64,000 nucleotides of DNA, taken from Mustelus asterias (Eukaryota). Below the pieces are notes generated by a model that searched no databases, was not told the DNA's origin, and saw nothing but the letters and a program-made list of their open reading frames with translations. The position numbers and the translations under genes were made by a program. Location of the stretch: NCBI RefSeq assembly GCF_964213995.1, contig NC_135808.1:21266001-21330000 (forward strand), written 5' to 3'. Position 1 is the stretch's first letter; every line of letters starts with the position of its first letter. Below are positions 38,701 through 50,771 of this stretch, one piece after another.

Positions 38701-40394
38701 TATAGCGACTATGTTTTACCAATCAATCTTATCATGCTGGATTCCACTGTCATTACAATGGCGCACGATACATATATGCATCCAGAATCTTGGCTGGAAG
38801 TTAAGTTATCAAATTCGCTTCTCTTAATTCTGAACAAAGGCACAAATATCTCCAAGTGAAATCTGTCATCTCATTCACCTAATCTATACTTTCCTTTTAC
38901 TAGAATGTTTATCAATACCCACATTTATACATATGTTCGAACTACACTACCAGCAGTTCTACAACATTTACAGTGAAACAAAACATTAAAAAATGTCATA
39001 ATATCTTTGAAACAAATTCGAGGCATTGACAAATATTGTTTGTTTGTTCTTTCCCATCCGCATCGAGTGATTAAATTATTGAATGCTTCCAATAGCAACT
39101 GGTACCCGGCCATTTATCGACTGCAATTTCAAAAGCAGGCTTTGTTGCTTTGACAGCATGGAAACCCCACAATGCAGAAGGAGGCCACTCTGCCCATCAA
39201 GTCTGCACCTACAACAATCCCACCCAGGCCTTATCCCCGTAACCCTACATATTTACCCCGTTCATTCCTCTAGCCTACGGATCCCGAGACACTATGGGAC
39301 AATTTAGAATGGCCAATCAACGTAACCGCACATCTTTCGGACAGTGGGAGGAAACGGAGCACCCGGAGGAAACCCACGCAGACACGGGGAGAACGTGCAA
39401 CCTCCACATAGACAATGATCCAGACGGGGAATCGAGTCTGGGTCCCTGGAGTTGCGAAGTAGCAGTGCTGACCACTGTGCCACCATGCTGCCCACCTTTC
39501 TGAAAGATAAAGTATTCTATTCTGTGCTTTAATTCTAACAACTGCTGGCCTCACACGGGGTCGGAAACCATCAACACTTGTTTAAAATAAAATATCAAAA
39601 AATCCATCTGACCACAAGCCCAATGAGTTAATATGTCCAGACATAAATCACATTGGGAACAAGCTCCGGCAGGAGATTTTGATAAAGATCAGCAGGTCTG
39701 CAGGACCTGAAGTGGCGGCGGTTGGGCGGAGAAAAATTGACATGAAATTGTGATGCTTCATATCGACTTAAGAAACTTCTCGTTCTAATTTCTTCAATTT
39801 TGTGCCAATCTCTTTTGTCTATTTTTTTTCTCTTTTAAACCAATTTGAGTTTCCTATCTGCTACTGAATCAAAGTTGCAAATGTGTTGTCAATCGAATGC
39901 CAATATTTTTAAGTGAAATGTTTTGGAAATTTCATATTGGGTTGTTGCCAAACTTTTGACTTATCTGTATGTTTAACAACAAACTGGCCTTCGTAATTTT
40001 TAATTACAAACTCAAACACAATTCCCTTGAATTCTAGCGCAGTTCATATTTCTCTTAAACAGAAGCTCATAGATGCTCAAATTAAGTGAATGTCAGTTCT
40101 CTTTCCAAATTAATTACTTGATTCTATAATACTCATGAACAGCACCTGCTTCAACAATGACTTGACTCACATGTTCCTTCAACTGGGCAACGTATCTTGG
40201 AATGACGGTTGTGGGATACGGCATTGCAGATGTCATGATGAACCTCACACCCCAGCATTTCCTTATCAAGCTGGAAAGGGCAGAGTGGCGGGGTGGGGGT
40301 GGGGAGAGGGGGCGGGGAGTGTTGTTAATTCCCTTGGATTTGAAGATAGCAACTACATCTGCTTGCTGAGAACTGAATTGTCTCTCAGGCTGTT

Positions 40395-40637
40395 TGATTT
40401 TAGCTAGTAAGAGTTTTAACAACACCAGCTTAAAGTCCAACAGGTTTATTTGGTCGCAAATACCATAAGCTTTCGGAGCGCTGCTCACTCATCTCCATCT
40501 GACGAAGGAGCAGCGCTCCGAAAGCTTATGGTATTTGCTACCAAATAAACCTGTTGGACTTTAACCTGATGTTGTTAAAACTCTTACTGTGTTCACCCCA
40601 GTCCAACGCCGGCATCTCCACATCATGATTTTAGCTA
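40395..40637. mobile_element. Penelope-derived foldback element with 12-bp TSD
   Basis: TGATTTTAGCTA at 40395-40406 and 40626-40637; ~80-bp inverted arms. Confidence 0.85.
40495..40531 (+). ncRNA. Minimal type I hammerhead ribozyme motif
   Basis: CCAU-CUGACGA-A-GGAGC-AGC-GCUCC-GAA-AGCU-U-AUGG. Confidence 0.7.
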
Positions 40638-42172
40638 CACATGGGGAATAGGCTGCTTCAAGGGAGGCGTCACTTGGTGGCGTAAATAACTGCCTCTAAG
40701 TCCCCAGAGCATCCTCTAACTCTTCATTTACTCTGGCAGTTTCTGGCTGTAAATCAGTATCTTTTTCAAAGCTTTGGTCAAACAGCAATTTTCTTTTACT
40801 GTCAAGTTCCCTTAATTGTTTGGACGGTTCACTCAGTCATGGGGCACACAGATGTGCACTGAAGCCTCACTTATTCTGGACTTTCTACAACTCACTATTT
40901 CCTTTCTGAGCCTCTTTAGAAAGGATACGTTCAAAATCTCCGTCACATTCTTCTACAGCTCCCAGAGCGTCATCTGTTCCTGTCTCCAATGTGAAACTTA
41001 CAATCAGTCCCATTCTCGCACACACCAAATTCACTGTTATCTTTGATTTTACTACCTACAATCTGAGGTGTTGTCCATCCATGAACCTTGTGAAAGAGCC
41101 CTCGGCTCCCCAGTAGAAATTCATGGTACTCCCTTCCTCTTTTACTCACGGCATCCTTTCACTGCTGCCAACGGGGGGTTCCGTTCTGCGACCTTCGCCC
41201 GCCCCGATTCCGAGTCTAGACGGTAAAATTCCAGCCCACAATAGTTCAAAATCAAACTGTGCCGTCTCGAAGGGAAGGGTATTTTACGATCTCGCCAGAG
41301 TGAGGTCGAATAATCCCGCTCCCTGTCTCTGCACAGTTTGATTGTGAAACATTGTGGTTCTGATCAACTTGTCTACTTGCGCTATAGCTTGAGGGGTTTG
41401 GCCTCCCTGTGAAGCTTTTGCTATTATCTTTTCTAACTGTATCCCACCTGCATGGCTCTGCAACCTGAACTCCACATGGTAGTGGTCTGGCCTGCCTGTG
41501 CGTCTTTGGCATCGCTAAGCCACAACCACAGCTCTGCCACATACTATTACACTCCCTGTCCTGAGTTCTCATTTAACATTCATTTGTTACTTCACTGGAC
41601 CACTGGGCAGGTTTGCTGCACTAACAGGACGGTGAACAAAATATATTCAACCCTGTTTAAGAGCTATTTCGATTAAACAATACGAATATCCAGCTGACTC
41701 CAGCAAATTGTCATAGTGGACTTCTTCCAAATAACCACCATGCACCAAGGAACATGTTACAATAGTTTATTCATGTTTCAAGCATGGAGAGAAACATCTG
41801 GATCACCATCCTCTGACACAGCTCTAACACAGCTCCCTGATATAATAATCACAGGAACAACATTGAAATACAACTCTCAGCTCCAATACAAAGATACAGA
41901 CTGCTGTACGATTAGTCAATACACAGATTTTTTAAAAATTCAGATCTGTCTCTTGTTAAAACTGCGCCCAAAAGCTTGTCTGTAATCTATCATCAAGCTA
42001 TATGTTCTTCTAAAAAGTGGACAACCTTGCAGGCGAGTTCTGCTTCCATTAGGAACTCATTTGACACGCATGCGATTTTACTCTAACTTACTCAATCTAT
42101 TAATTTTCCCTTTCAAGAGTTATCATGATCAGGCTGTAGAAAGTGTTCCTAAAATGCGGCTTGTGGCCGGGT

Positions 42173-43477
42173 TTATCGTATCGTACCGATGTTCTTGTAT
42201 TGACATATGAGAAGACGCTTGAAGGTTTTCTTGAAGGTTGGATGACACAGCGCGTAGCACATTGGGTTGACGGTGCTATTGATATAACAGAGCCAGTATC
42301 CAATAGTCCAGGCTGTGTAGGGGACACAGCTTGAACAAATGGTGTAAATGATCACCATGACAAAGTATGGGGTAAAGGTGACGATAAATGCAATGAGTAT
42401 ACTCAGGACGGTTCTAGTCACTTTCTTCTCTCGGGACGCAGTTCCCTTCCTCTTTTCAGCATGTGTTGTGGTCATTGTAATCATCTTATTGTCAGTTCTG
42501 ATATCTCTGTCATTCCCATTGTTGCTGCTTACACCTGGCACTATTCTGCTTATGCTACCACAGTCGCCATTTGTTTCATATTGGCTACCTACATTTATGG
42601 AAGACAGTTTGGGGTTCACCATCCTGAAAGGGTTTGATGGGGCCATACTGGGAACTGGTGATTTATCGAGAAACCGTTTCTCCTCATGGCTCCAACTATC
42701 AGCTACTATTTCTCCAGTTATTTTGACATTTTGCTGTTTTACCTCTGACAACCCGTCAGGAGCACCTGATATGCTGTCATCATTTTTCTCCTTTTTATTC
42801 GCTTTCATTCGACTTTTGCTGGCACGGGCTATTTGCACGGACAGGATAATTATGATGAACGCAGGGGTATAGAAGCTAGCTACGGAAGTGCCGACGATGG
42901 CACCTGGATTTGTGAGGAACTGTACATAACACTCACCCTCACTGACTATCCGCTCCCCTACGATGAATTGCCAGAAGAGAATGATAGGAGCCCAGATGCT
43001 AAACGGCAGCACCCAAGCAACAGTGATCATTATCCCTGCAACTTTCACTGTTCTCTTCATGGGGTAGCTCAGAGGCTTTGTCACACACAAATAACGATCA
43101 AAGCTGATGATAAGGAGGTTCATCCCAGAGGCAGTACTGACAACATAATCCAGAGCAAGCCATAAATCACATATCACTGAACCCAAAGGCCAGTAGCCAA
43201 TAACAATGTAAATGGTGTATAGATTCATAGAAAACACACCAATAATAAAATCAGCACAGGCCAAGCTGAAAAGAAAGTAATTGTTAACAGTTTGTAAATG
43301 TCTGTTTGCTTTGATAGAAACGATGACCAGAATGTTTCCTATAATTGTCACCAGGCTTAAAGATCCTGTCAGAGTCACAATGAAGAGCATTTCGACCGTT
43401 GTGTAAGGTCTCAATCCTTCAATCAAGCTTGTTGAGTTGTTGAGGGATTCATTTGGCATTGATGAGTCTTCCATCAT
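42173..43477 (-). CDS. Muscarinic acetylcholine receptor M2/M4-like, 434 aa, intact ORF
   Basis: Seven TM segments with muscarinic motifs; acceptor AG at 43496-43497. Confidence 0.92.
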   Translation of the reverse strand: MMEDSSMPNESLNNSTSLIEGLRPYTTVEMLFIVTLTGSLSLVTIIGNILVIVSIKANRHLQTVNNYFLFSLACADFIIGVFSMNLYTIYIVIGYWPLGSVICDLWLALDYVVSTASGMNLLIISFDRYLCVTKPLSYPMKRTVKVAGIMITVAWVLPFSIWAPIILFWQFIVGERIVSEGECYVQFLTNPGAIVGTSVASFYTPAFIIIILSVQIARASKSRMKANKKEKNDDSISGAPDGLSEVKQQNVKITGEIVADSWSHEEKRFLDKSPVPSMAPSNPFRMVNPKLSSINVGSQYETNGDCGSISRIVPGVSSNNGNDRDIRTDNKMITMTTTHAEKRKGTASREKKVTRTVLSILIAFIVTFTPYFVMVIIYTICSSCVPYTAWTIGYWLCYINSTVNPMCYALCHPTFKKTFKRLLICQYKNIGTIR

Positions 43478-44935
43478 TTTCCCTTACGTGGACAACTGCA
43501 GAAAAGAAGAATGATTAGGAAAGAGATGTCTGATGTATTGACGTTAAAAGGCGACTAAGGTGACTAAGTGAAGTTCCACCAAAAACATAAAACGCTATTG
43601 GTTCTGAGAAAGTTCAATATCTTTGTCAGATATCTTTCCTCCCACTTGCCTGTATGGGTGCAGCCCCAGCAACACTCAAGAAGCTTGACGCCATCCAGGA
43701 CGAAGCAGCCGGCTTGATTGGCACCTCATCTACAAACATTCAATCCCTCCACCACCGACAGCAGCAGTGTGTACAATCTGCAAGATGCACTGCAGCAATT
43801 CACCAAGGATCCTGAGACAGCACCTTCCTAACCCACGACCACTTCCATCTAGAAGGACAAGGACAGCAGATAAATGGGAACACCACCACCTGCACGTTCC
43901 CCTCCAAGCCATTCACCACCCTGACTTGCAAATATATTGCCGTTCCTTCGCAGTCACTGGGTCAAAATCCTGGAATTCCGCCTCCCCCCCCCCCCCCCCT
44001 AATGGCATTGTGGGTCAACCCACAGAACATGGACTGCAGCGATTCAAGAAGGTGGCTCATCACCACCTTCTCAAGGGCAACTAGGGATAGGCAATAAATG
44101 TTGGCCAGCCAGCAAGGCATGAATGAATTTTTAAAAATGAGCGACTCGGTTTCAATTAGGAATCATCTCATAGATCGGCTGCTGTACAATCAATTGAGAA
44201 TAATTTGTTAATTCCTTGCTTTGAACCGAATGAACATGACGATGAAAGACATTACAAACATGTCTCTCTGCGTTTTTGGATTCATTCATCCAGCATGACT
44301 CGGTGAAACACTCTTGAGAACTTAGATAGTCGGAGTATCAGCTCTGAGCGGAAGAGAGCAATTTGAGCTTGAGTCACTTCATGTCGATGTCATGTATTTC
44401 AGAGGAGAAGGTATGGGGTTATATAAACAAAAGCTTACCACCAAATTGTTTCCCTTATCTCAATAAAATTCAAAGTTTATATTTTAAAATTTATTTATTA
44501 GTGTCATAAGTATACTGCAATGAAGATACTGTGGAAACCCCCTAGTCGCCACACTCCCGTGTCTGTTTGGGTACCCTGAGGGAGAATTTAGCATGGTCAG
44601 TGCACCTAGCCAGCACGTCTTCCAGACTGTGGGTGGAAACTGGAACACCCAGAGGAAACGCACGCAGACACGGGGAGAATGTGCAGACTCCGCACAGACA
44701 GTGACCCCAGCTGGGAATTCAACCCAGGTCCCTGGCGTTGTGAGGAAGCAGTGCTAACCACTGTGATAGCGATGTAGCTTACATCTTTTATGAGGACAAA
44801 TACGAGGATAATTTCCTGATGCTTATAAATGAAGGCAAAAGTAGGAACCATCACAAACTTGAAAATGACAATAATCTTCACTGAAGCCAGTGACATAAAA
44901 TAATCCATACCCCGTAATGTGTGTGTGAGAGACGT

Positions 44936-47900
44936 GAATAGCTGTAGAAAGTGAAATATCTGAAAGCAGAGATGCCAGGTTGTGAGCTGGTCAGCGGGAG
45001 GTGGATTCTGAACCACCAGCACAAACCAGGTCAACACTTATTTATGTTCTTGCGGAACCGGATTTCGGATTTCTAACCTGTGTTGGAGATTTTAATATTA
45101 CGAAGAAGGCAGCACGGGAGAGCAATTATCAAATTGAGGATGCGCCATACTTGAGTTCAGAATGAAGCCAATATTGTCTAATAATCAATGCAAATCAAAT
45201 TAAAACATCATCCAGAACAGAATGAAAGAATTTCACTGAATCAACCTAACTAACATCTGAATCTACTGATTAAAATGATGAGAAGTTTAATGCAGTGGGA
45301 CATGGGTTATATCATTAATAGACGGATACATAGACTTACCAGGGATGCCGATAGCAGCAAGGACAGGATAGCAGGCCTTCTCTAAGTCAAGGATGAAGAA
45401 GGCTATCTTCCACTGGTCCATTCCTGTGGAGCCACTGATCCTGGTTACTGTTGGAGGTGAGGCTCCCACTGACAAGAAGAGATAAAACGCAGCGGAAAGA
45501 GGCCTTTATGAATAGAAGGGTGAGACCTCCAGAGACACATATTGGTTCGACAGAGACTGATATTAATTAAGTCACTAAACAAACAGGTTCAGTTAACTCC
45601 TTTCAATCCGCCAGTTAGTAGCGCAGCATATCTTTGACCATGTGTGAAATGTGTGCCAGACTCGCAGGTTTAACACACGCCTGCGCCCAAACGCATTCCT
45701 CCTTTTCGTCATTGTGTCTCATGAGGGAATGGTTTGATCCGTGGCGCTCAACTCTGCGTTAAACATCTCTCGGGGTGAATCACGAACCCATTCTGTTCTC
45801 CCTCCATGTTCTATAGTTGTAAAGTATTGTATTTAATATTGCTAAATTAAATGCATCAGCGTGAGATCTCAGAATCACTATGAATGACACTAAGAGAGAG
45901 ATGATGTTACACTTTCCATCCGCGATGCAGTGGAAACAGTTTACCGAATGAATAGCTGCATGTGGAGACGCCCAGTGTCACCAACACGATCAGTAAATGC
46001 GGATATTTGAAGAGGAAATATATTATCCTTGCCTCTAACCCGAGACTTTCTTTCGCATTCTTCCACAGGACAGAAGCTTTAATTATAATTCATGGCAGAG
46101 TGAAATTACATCACAATCACATAATTTATCCCAATCTATTTGCCCTGAAACATCATCCCATAGGCAGCCAATAAGGATACCAACTCCAGGAGTGCCATCC
46201 CGTGAAGGATGGACAGGTGAGGTTTGCATCCACTGGAGTTTAGAAAAGCAAGAGGCGACCCGATCATAAGCTTTAAGATGCTGAAGCGAATTGATAAGTT
46301 GGATGTGGAGAGGATGTTTCAAGTTGTGGAGAATCTAGAAATAGGGGTCACTGTTTCAAAATAGAAGGACGCTCATGTAACACGGAGATGAGGCTGGTGA
46401 ATCCCTGGATCTCCGTTCCTCAAAAGGCGGTGGGAGCAATGAATATTGTGAAGGCTGAATGTAATAGATTCTTAATTTAAAAGGGGTGAGAGGTTACCAG
46501 GGGAAGTCAAGAATGTGGGGTTCAATTTACAATTAGAGCAACCATGATCTTATTGAATGGCAGCGCAGGCGCCAGTGGCCGCATGCCCTACTCCTGCTCC
46601 GAATCTATATGTTCATACGTGAGCCGTGCTTGGACAGGGAGGCTAAACAGAAGGAGGTGTTAGTAATTGTAAGTAAAAAGGGGGAAACGGGAACTAAAGT
46701 TTTTGAACTTGACCTTCCTCTGATTAAATTGCAAAATGAGGAAGTACTTAAGAGTTTATAAGTAATATTCAGTTATTTTCGGAGAAACTGTCGAAATGAC
46801 TCACAAAAGCTGTTGCAGTCACACAAGGAAATCTGTGGGTAGAGGCCAGGGAAGACACTTTGTCAACACATGATGTTGATGTGTGGGGTTATGTCCTAAT
46901 CAACTCATCCTTTGCTGCTACTCAGTTGTCCTCATTCCGAATTCAGAATACTTCTGTGATTTTGCTTCTTCTGCATTCTCCCCATGTGCACCCCACACTC
47001 CCTCTCCAAATCCCAATTATTCCCATTGGTTGAACTGAAGGCGTATATTTGCTGGAGCAGGGCATACAGATTAGTCTCGGACGAGCATGTTAGGCCATTG
47101 CAGAATGTATAGGGTAAATCATGACAATGTTTGGCAGATTATCACAGGAGATTACATCCACATTGGTTAAATCCTATAAAATTGGCTCTAGCGCCGAAAT
47201 AAATTTAACGCAAACTTCAAAATGACGAAAGAGAGGCCAGTCACTGAAATTGGAGTTCACACATTGTAATGGCGCCAAAACCAGATGGACCACAAAGCCT
47301 CTCTATGACCACCGCAAAGTGAGAGCAGTAACAAAGGAGTAACTGGTATCCATTTGCACAGTTTGAAGATTCCATTGAAATAGCCAGACAGACAGTACGT
47401 ATTACCAAAAAAATGACTTACTTTGAGGATACTGGAAACTTTCATTATCGGAACGTACAAAAGAGATATCGGGCGAGATTCCCCAGCCTCCCAGCCGCGT
47501 GTTTCACTCACCTGATGAAGGAGCAGCGCTCCAAAAGCTCGTGATTCCAAATAACTCTGTGAGACATCTTACTGTGCCCACCTCAGTCCAACGCCATCAT
47601 CTCCACATCATTACTATTAATATCGTGAGTGATGTGAAGTAATACTTTGAAATGAATATCCTATTAATAGAACCCCATCTGATGACAGCACTAGTGACCA
47701 TGGAGCCTGATATTGTTTACATTCACTTAACAAGCCGTTCAGTTGTATCCCTAATTGAAGCAACGTTTCTATATCACCATATAGGTGTCACCAGAAGGGA
47801 AGTTAGAAATTTCCAACCCACAACGTAATACTCGAAGCTGCAGAAATGTAACAACGTGCTGTTTCAGAGGTGATGAGGTGCCGTTCCACAGGACAGAATC

Positions 47901-49028
47901 TTTCAGAATCATTGCATGCAGGACGAATTCTGTATCATGATCACAGTCTTGGTGAGGGTGCATTGGTCCTGGAATGTCATCCAGAAGGCGGCCAATAATG
48001 ATACCAGCACCAGGAATGCCGTCCCATTGAGGATGGGCTTTGTATTCACTGGAGCTTAGAAGAGTAAGAACAGGTTTAATCCAACCTTTGAGATCTTGCG
48101 ATGCCTTTACATGATGGATGTGCAGAAGAAGTTTCCTCTTGTGCAAGAATCTAGAACTAGGGATCACTGTTCAAGAATAAGGAATCGCACAATTAAGACA
48201 AAGAAAATGGGAATTTCCTTTCTCTCAGAGGGTGGTGAGTCTTTTGAACTCCCTCTCTCAAAAGTCAGTCGAAGCACAATATTTGATTTGATTGTTTCGC
48301 AGCAGGGCTAGCTAAACACTTGATGGGCAAGGAGGTGAAAGGTCTTGAAGGTGTAAGGGGCCAATGTGAAGTTGAGGTGACAATCAGGCTCTTGAAGGGT
48401 CAAGCGACATTCTCCTGCTCCTCATTTCTACGTTAGTGTCTAGGTATGACAGCTCAGGTGGGTGCAGAGGTGGGGGAAGGGATTGTTCGTGGACATTCAC
48501 AAATCAGGGAGTCTGCATCGTTGGATGGAATGCAGTCCCACCGGCGCCGCTGGCACCTCTGCAAGGATAGCGCTTGCCTGCTGAAACTGCTGCTATGGTC
48601 AGGAATGGAGGATGTGCTGGAGGCATTGCCACACACCAGCTCTCAGGAAACAAACTCTATTGGTCAATTGCCTCAAGGGGGCCTGTTCACTGGAGTGAAG
48701 ATGTTCGGCGGAGTTCCCAATCAGCCAACAATTGCACCCAGAATTGTTCAAATTGATTGGGAGATCTGGTCTGACACGGCTGTTCAAAATATCTCCAGCC
48801 TGACCACCCGGGGAGGTGGACAGGGACCTGTCAGAATCCTGAACTCTCTCATTTCAGAATTTACTCCCAGCTTCGCCTCGCCACCCATACACCCTCAGCC
48901 AATCAATCCAAAATTCCCAGCCCAACACCATCTTCCCACTCTCCCAGCCCCGCTGTGTGTAATTGAGGCATATTAATACTGAAGGTATACGAGGATTCAA
49001 GGATTCAATACTGAACCCTGCTTTGATG
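44936..49028 (-). repeat. Inverted copy of 18284-21948
   Basis: End sequences match exactly; has ~420 extra bp at 47825-48245. Confidence 0.95.
45340..45421 (-). pseudogene. Orphan GPR139-like exon 1 (exon 2 lost at the duplication junction)
   Basis: MDQWKIAFFILDLEKACYPVLAAIGIP then G|GTAAG; intron stops at 44936. Confidence 0.85.
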
Positions 49029-50590
49029 GCTTGGTCATAGAAGACAGAGGGTGGTAGTGGAATGGTCTTTTTCCGGCTGGAGGCCTGTGACTAGTGGTGT
49101 ACCGCAGGGCTCTGTATTGGGACCTCTGCTGTTTGTGATTTATATAAATGATCTGGAAGAAGGAGTAACTGGGGTGATCAGTAAGTTTGCGGACGACAGA
49201 AAACTGGCAGGACTTGCAGATAGTGAGGAACATTGTCAGAGGCTACAGAAGGATATAGATAGGCTGGAAATTTGGGCAAAGAAATGGCAGATGGAGTTCA
49301 ATCCTGATGAATGCGAAGTGATGCATTTTGGTGGGAATAATGTAGGGAGGAGCTACACGATAAATGGAAGAACCATAAAGGGTGTAGAGACGCAGAGGGA
49401 CCTGCGTGTGCAAGTCCACAGATCTTTGAAGGTGACGTCACAGGTGGAGAAGGTGGTGAAGAAGGCATATGGCATGCTTGCCTTTATAGGACGGGGCATA
49501 GAGTATAAAAGTTGGGGTCTGATGTTGCAGATGTATAGAACGTTGGTTCGGCCGCATTTGGAATACTGCGTCCAGTTCTGGTCGCCACACTACCAGAAGG
49601 ACGTGGAGGCTTTGGAGAGAGTACAGAGGAGGTTTAGCAGGATGTTGCCTGGGATGGAGGGGCTTGGTTCTGAGGAGAGATTGGGGAAACTGGGGTTGTT
49701 CTCCTTGGAAAGACGGAGGATGAGGGGAGACTTAATAGAGGTGTATAAAATTATGAAAGGCATAGATAGGGTGAACGGTGGGAAGCTTTTCCCCGGGTCG
49801 GTGGTGACGTTCACGAGGGGTCATAGGTTCAAGGTGAAGGGGGGGAGGTTTAACACAGATATCAGAAGACATATTTTACACAGAGGGTCGTGGGGGCCTG
49901 GAATGTGTTGCCGGGCAAGGTGGTGGAGGCGGACACACTGGGAACGTTTAAGACTTATCTAGACAGCTATATGAACGGAGTGGGAATGGAGGGATACAAA
50001 AGAGTGGTCTAGTTTGGACCAGGGAGCGGCGCGGGCTAATTGTTCTTTGTTTCTCGTTTCAAGGCTTCATTCTATGATCATCTTGCTGGTGCCAGTACAG
50101 AGCGAGACTGCGGATAGTTGGGAACCTGTCTCGGGGGCAGGGAATTCATATGGTGTTCGTGGAAGTGGAAATGAATAGGGTTGGGAAGCATTTTCCGATC
50201 AGGGCCAGTGTGATCTCCTGGACTCGTTTCGATCGCCTCAGGGGGTCGGAGAGGAATTTCCCAGATTTTTTTCCCCCATATTGGCCCTGGGGTTTTCACT
50301 CTGGGTTTTCGCCTCTCCCTGGAGATCACATGGTCTGGAATGGGTGGGTGGGGGTGAGTTAATAGGTTGTGATGGTGAGTTAATAAGTTGTGATGAACAA
50401 AGCATCGTAGCTGTGAGGGACAGCTCGGTGGATAGGATATTAGTATGTAGATAGGCTGGAAAATTGGGCGGGGATCCTGGATTCAGGATTCAATCCTGGA
50501 CCGGGGAGCGGCGCGGGCTTGGAAGGCCGAAGGGCCTGTTCCTGTGCTGTATTGTTCTTTGTTCTTTGTTCTTTGTTTGTTCTTTGTTCT
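49029..50590 (+). mobile_element. Young 5'-truncated CR1 LINE, near-identical to 34422-35792
   Basis: SGVPQGSVLGPLLFVIYINDL..KFADD; 1-bp deletion near 49866; (TTGTTCT)n tail. Confidence 0.95.
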
Positions 50591-50771
50591 ACTTGACAAC
50601 AATTCTGTTGGAGGGTGCTAGGATGCAATACTGGAATAAACTTGTGAGCTTTGTACTCAAATGATCACTTGCCATTCTCTTCGATCCGGCCTTCAGAGTT
50701 TGAACAGATCACTCCGCCAAACCATTCGAAGCCGGATGAAACAGCGAGTCAAGTGCCATATCCTGTTCTTA

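Larger units (their letters stand above)
35793..44918 (-). repeat. Inverted copy of 10029-18289
   Basis: End sequences match exactly; has ~900 extra bp at 40335-41230. Confidence 0.95.

Noticed and set aside
43477-45421. In-frame GPR139-CHRM fusion protein
   Set aside because: A phase-1 donor plus the 18-nt leader puts CHRM out of frame; a stop follows after 15 codons.
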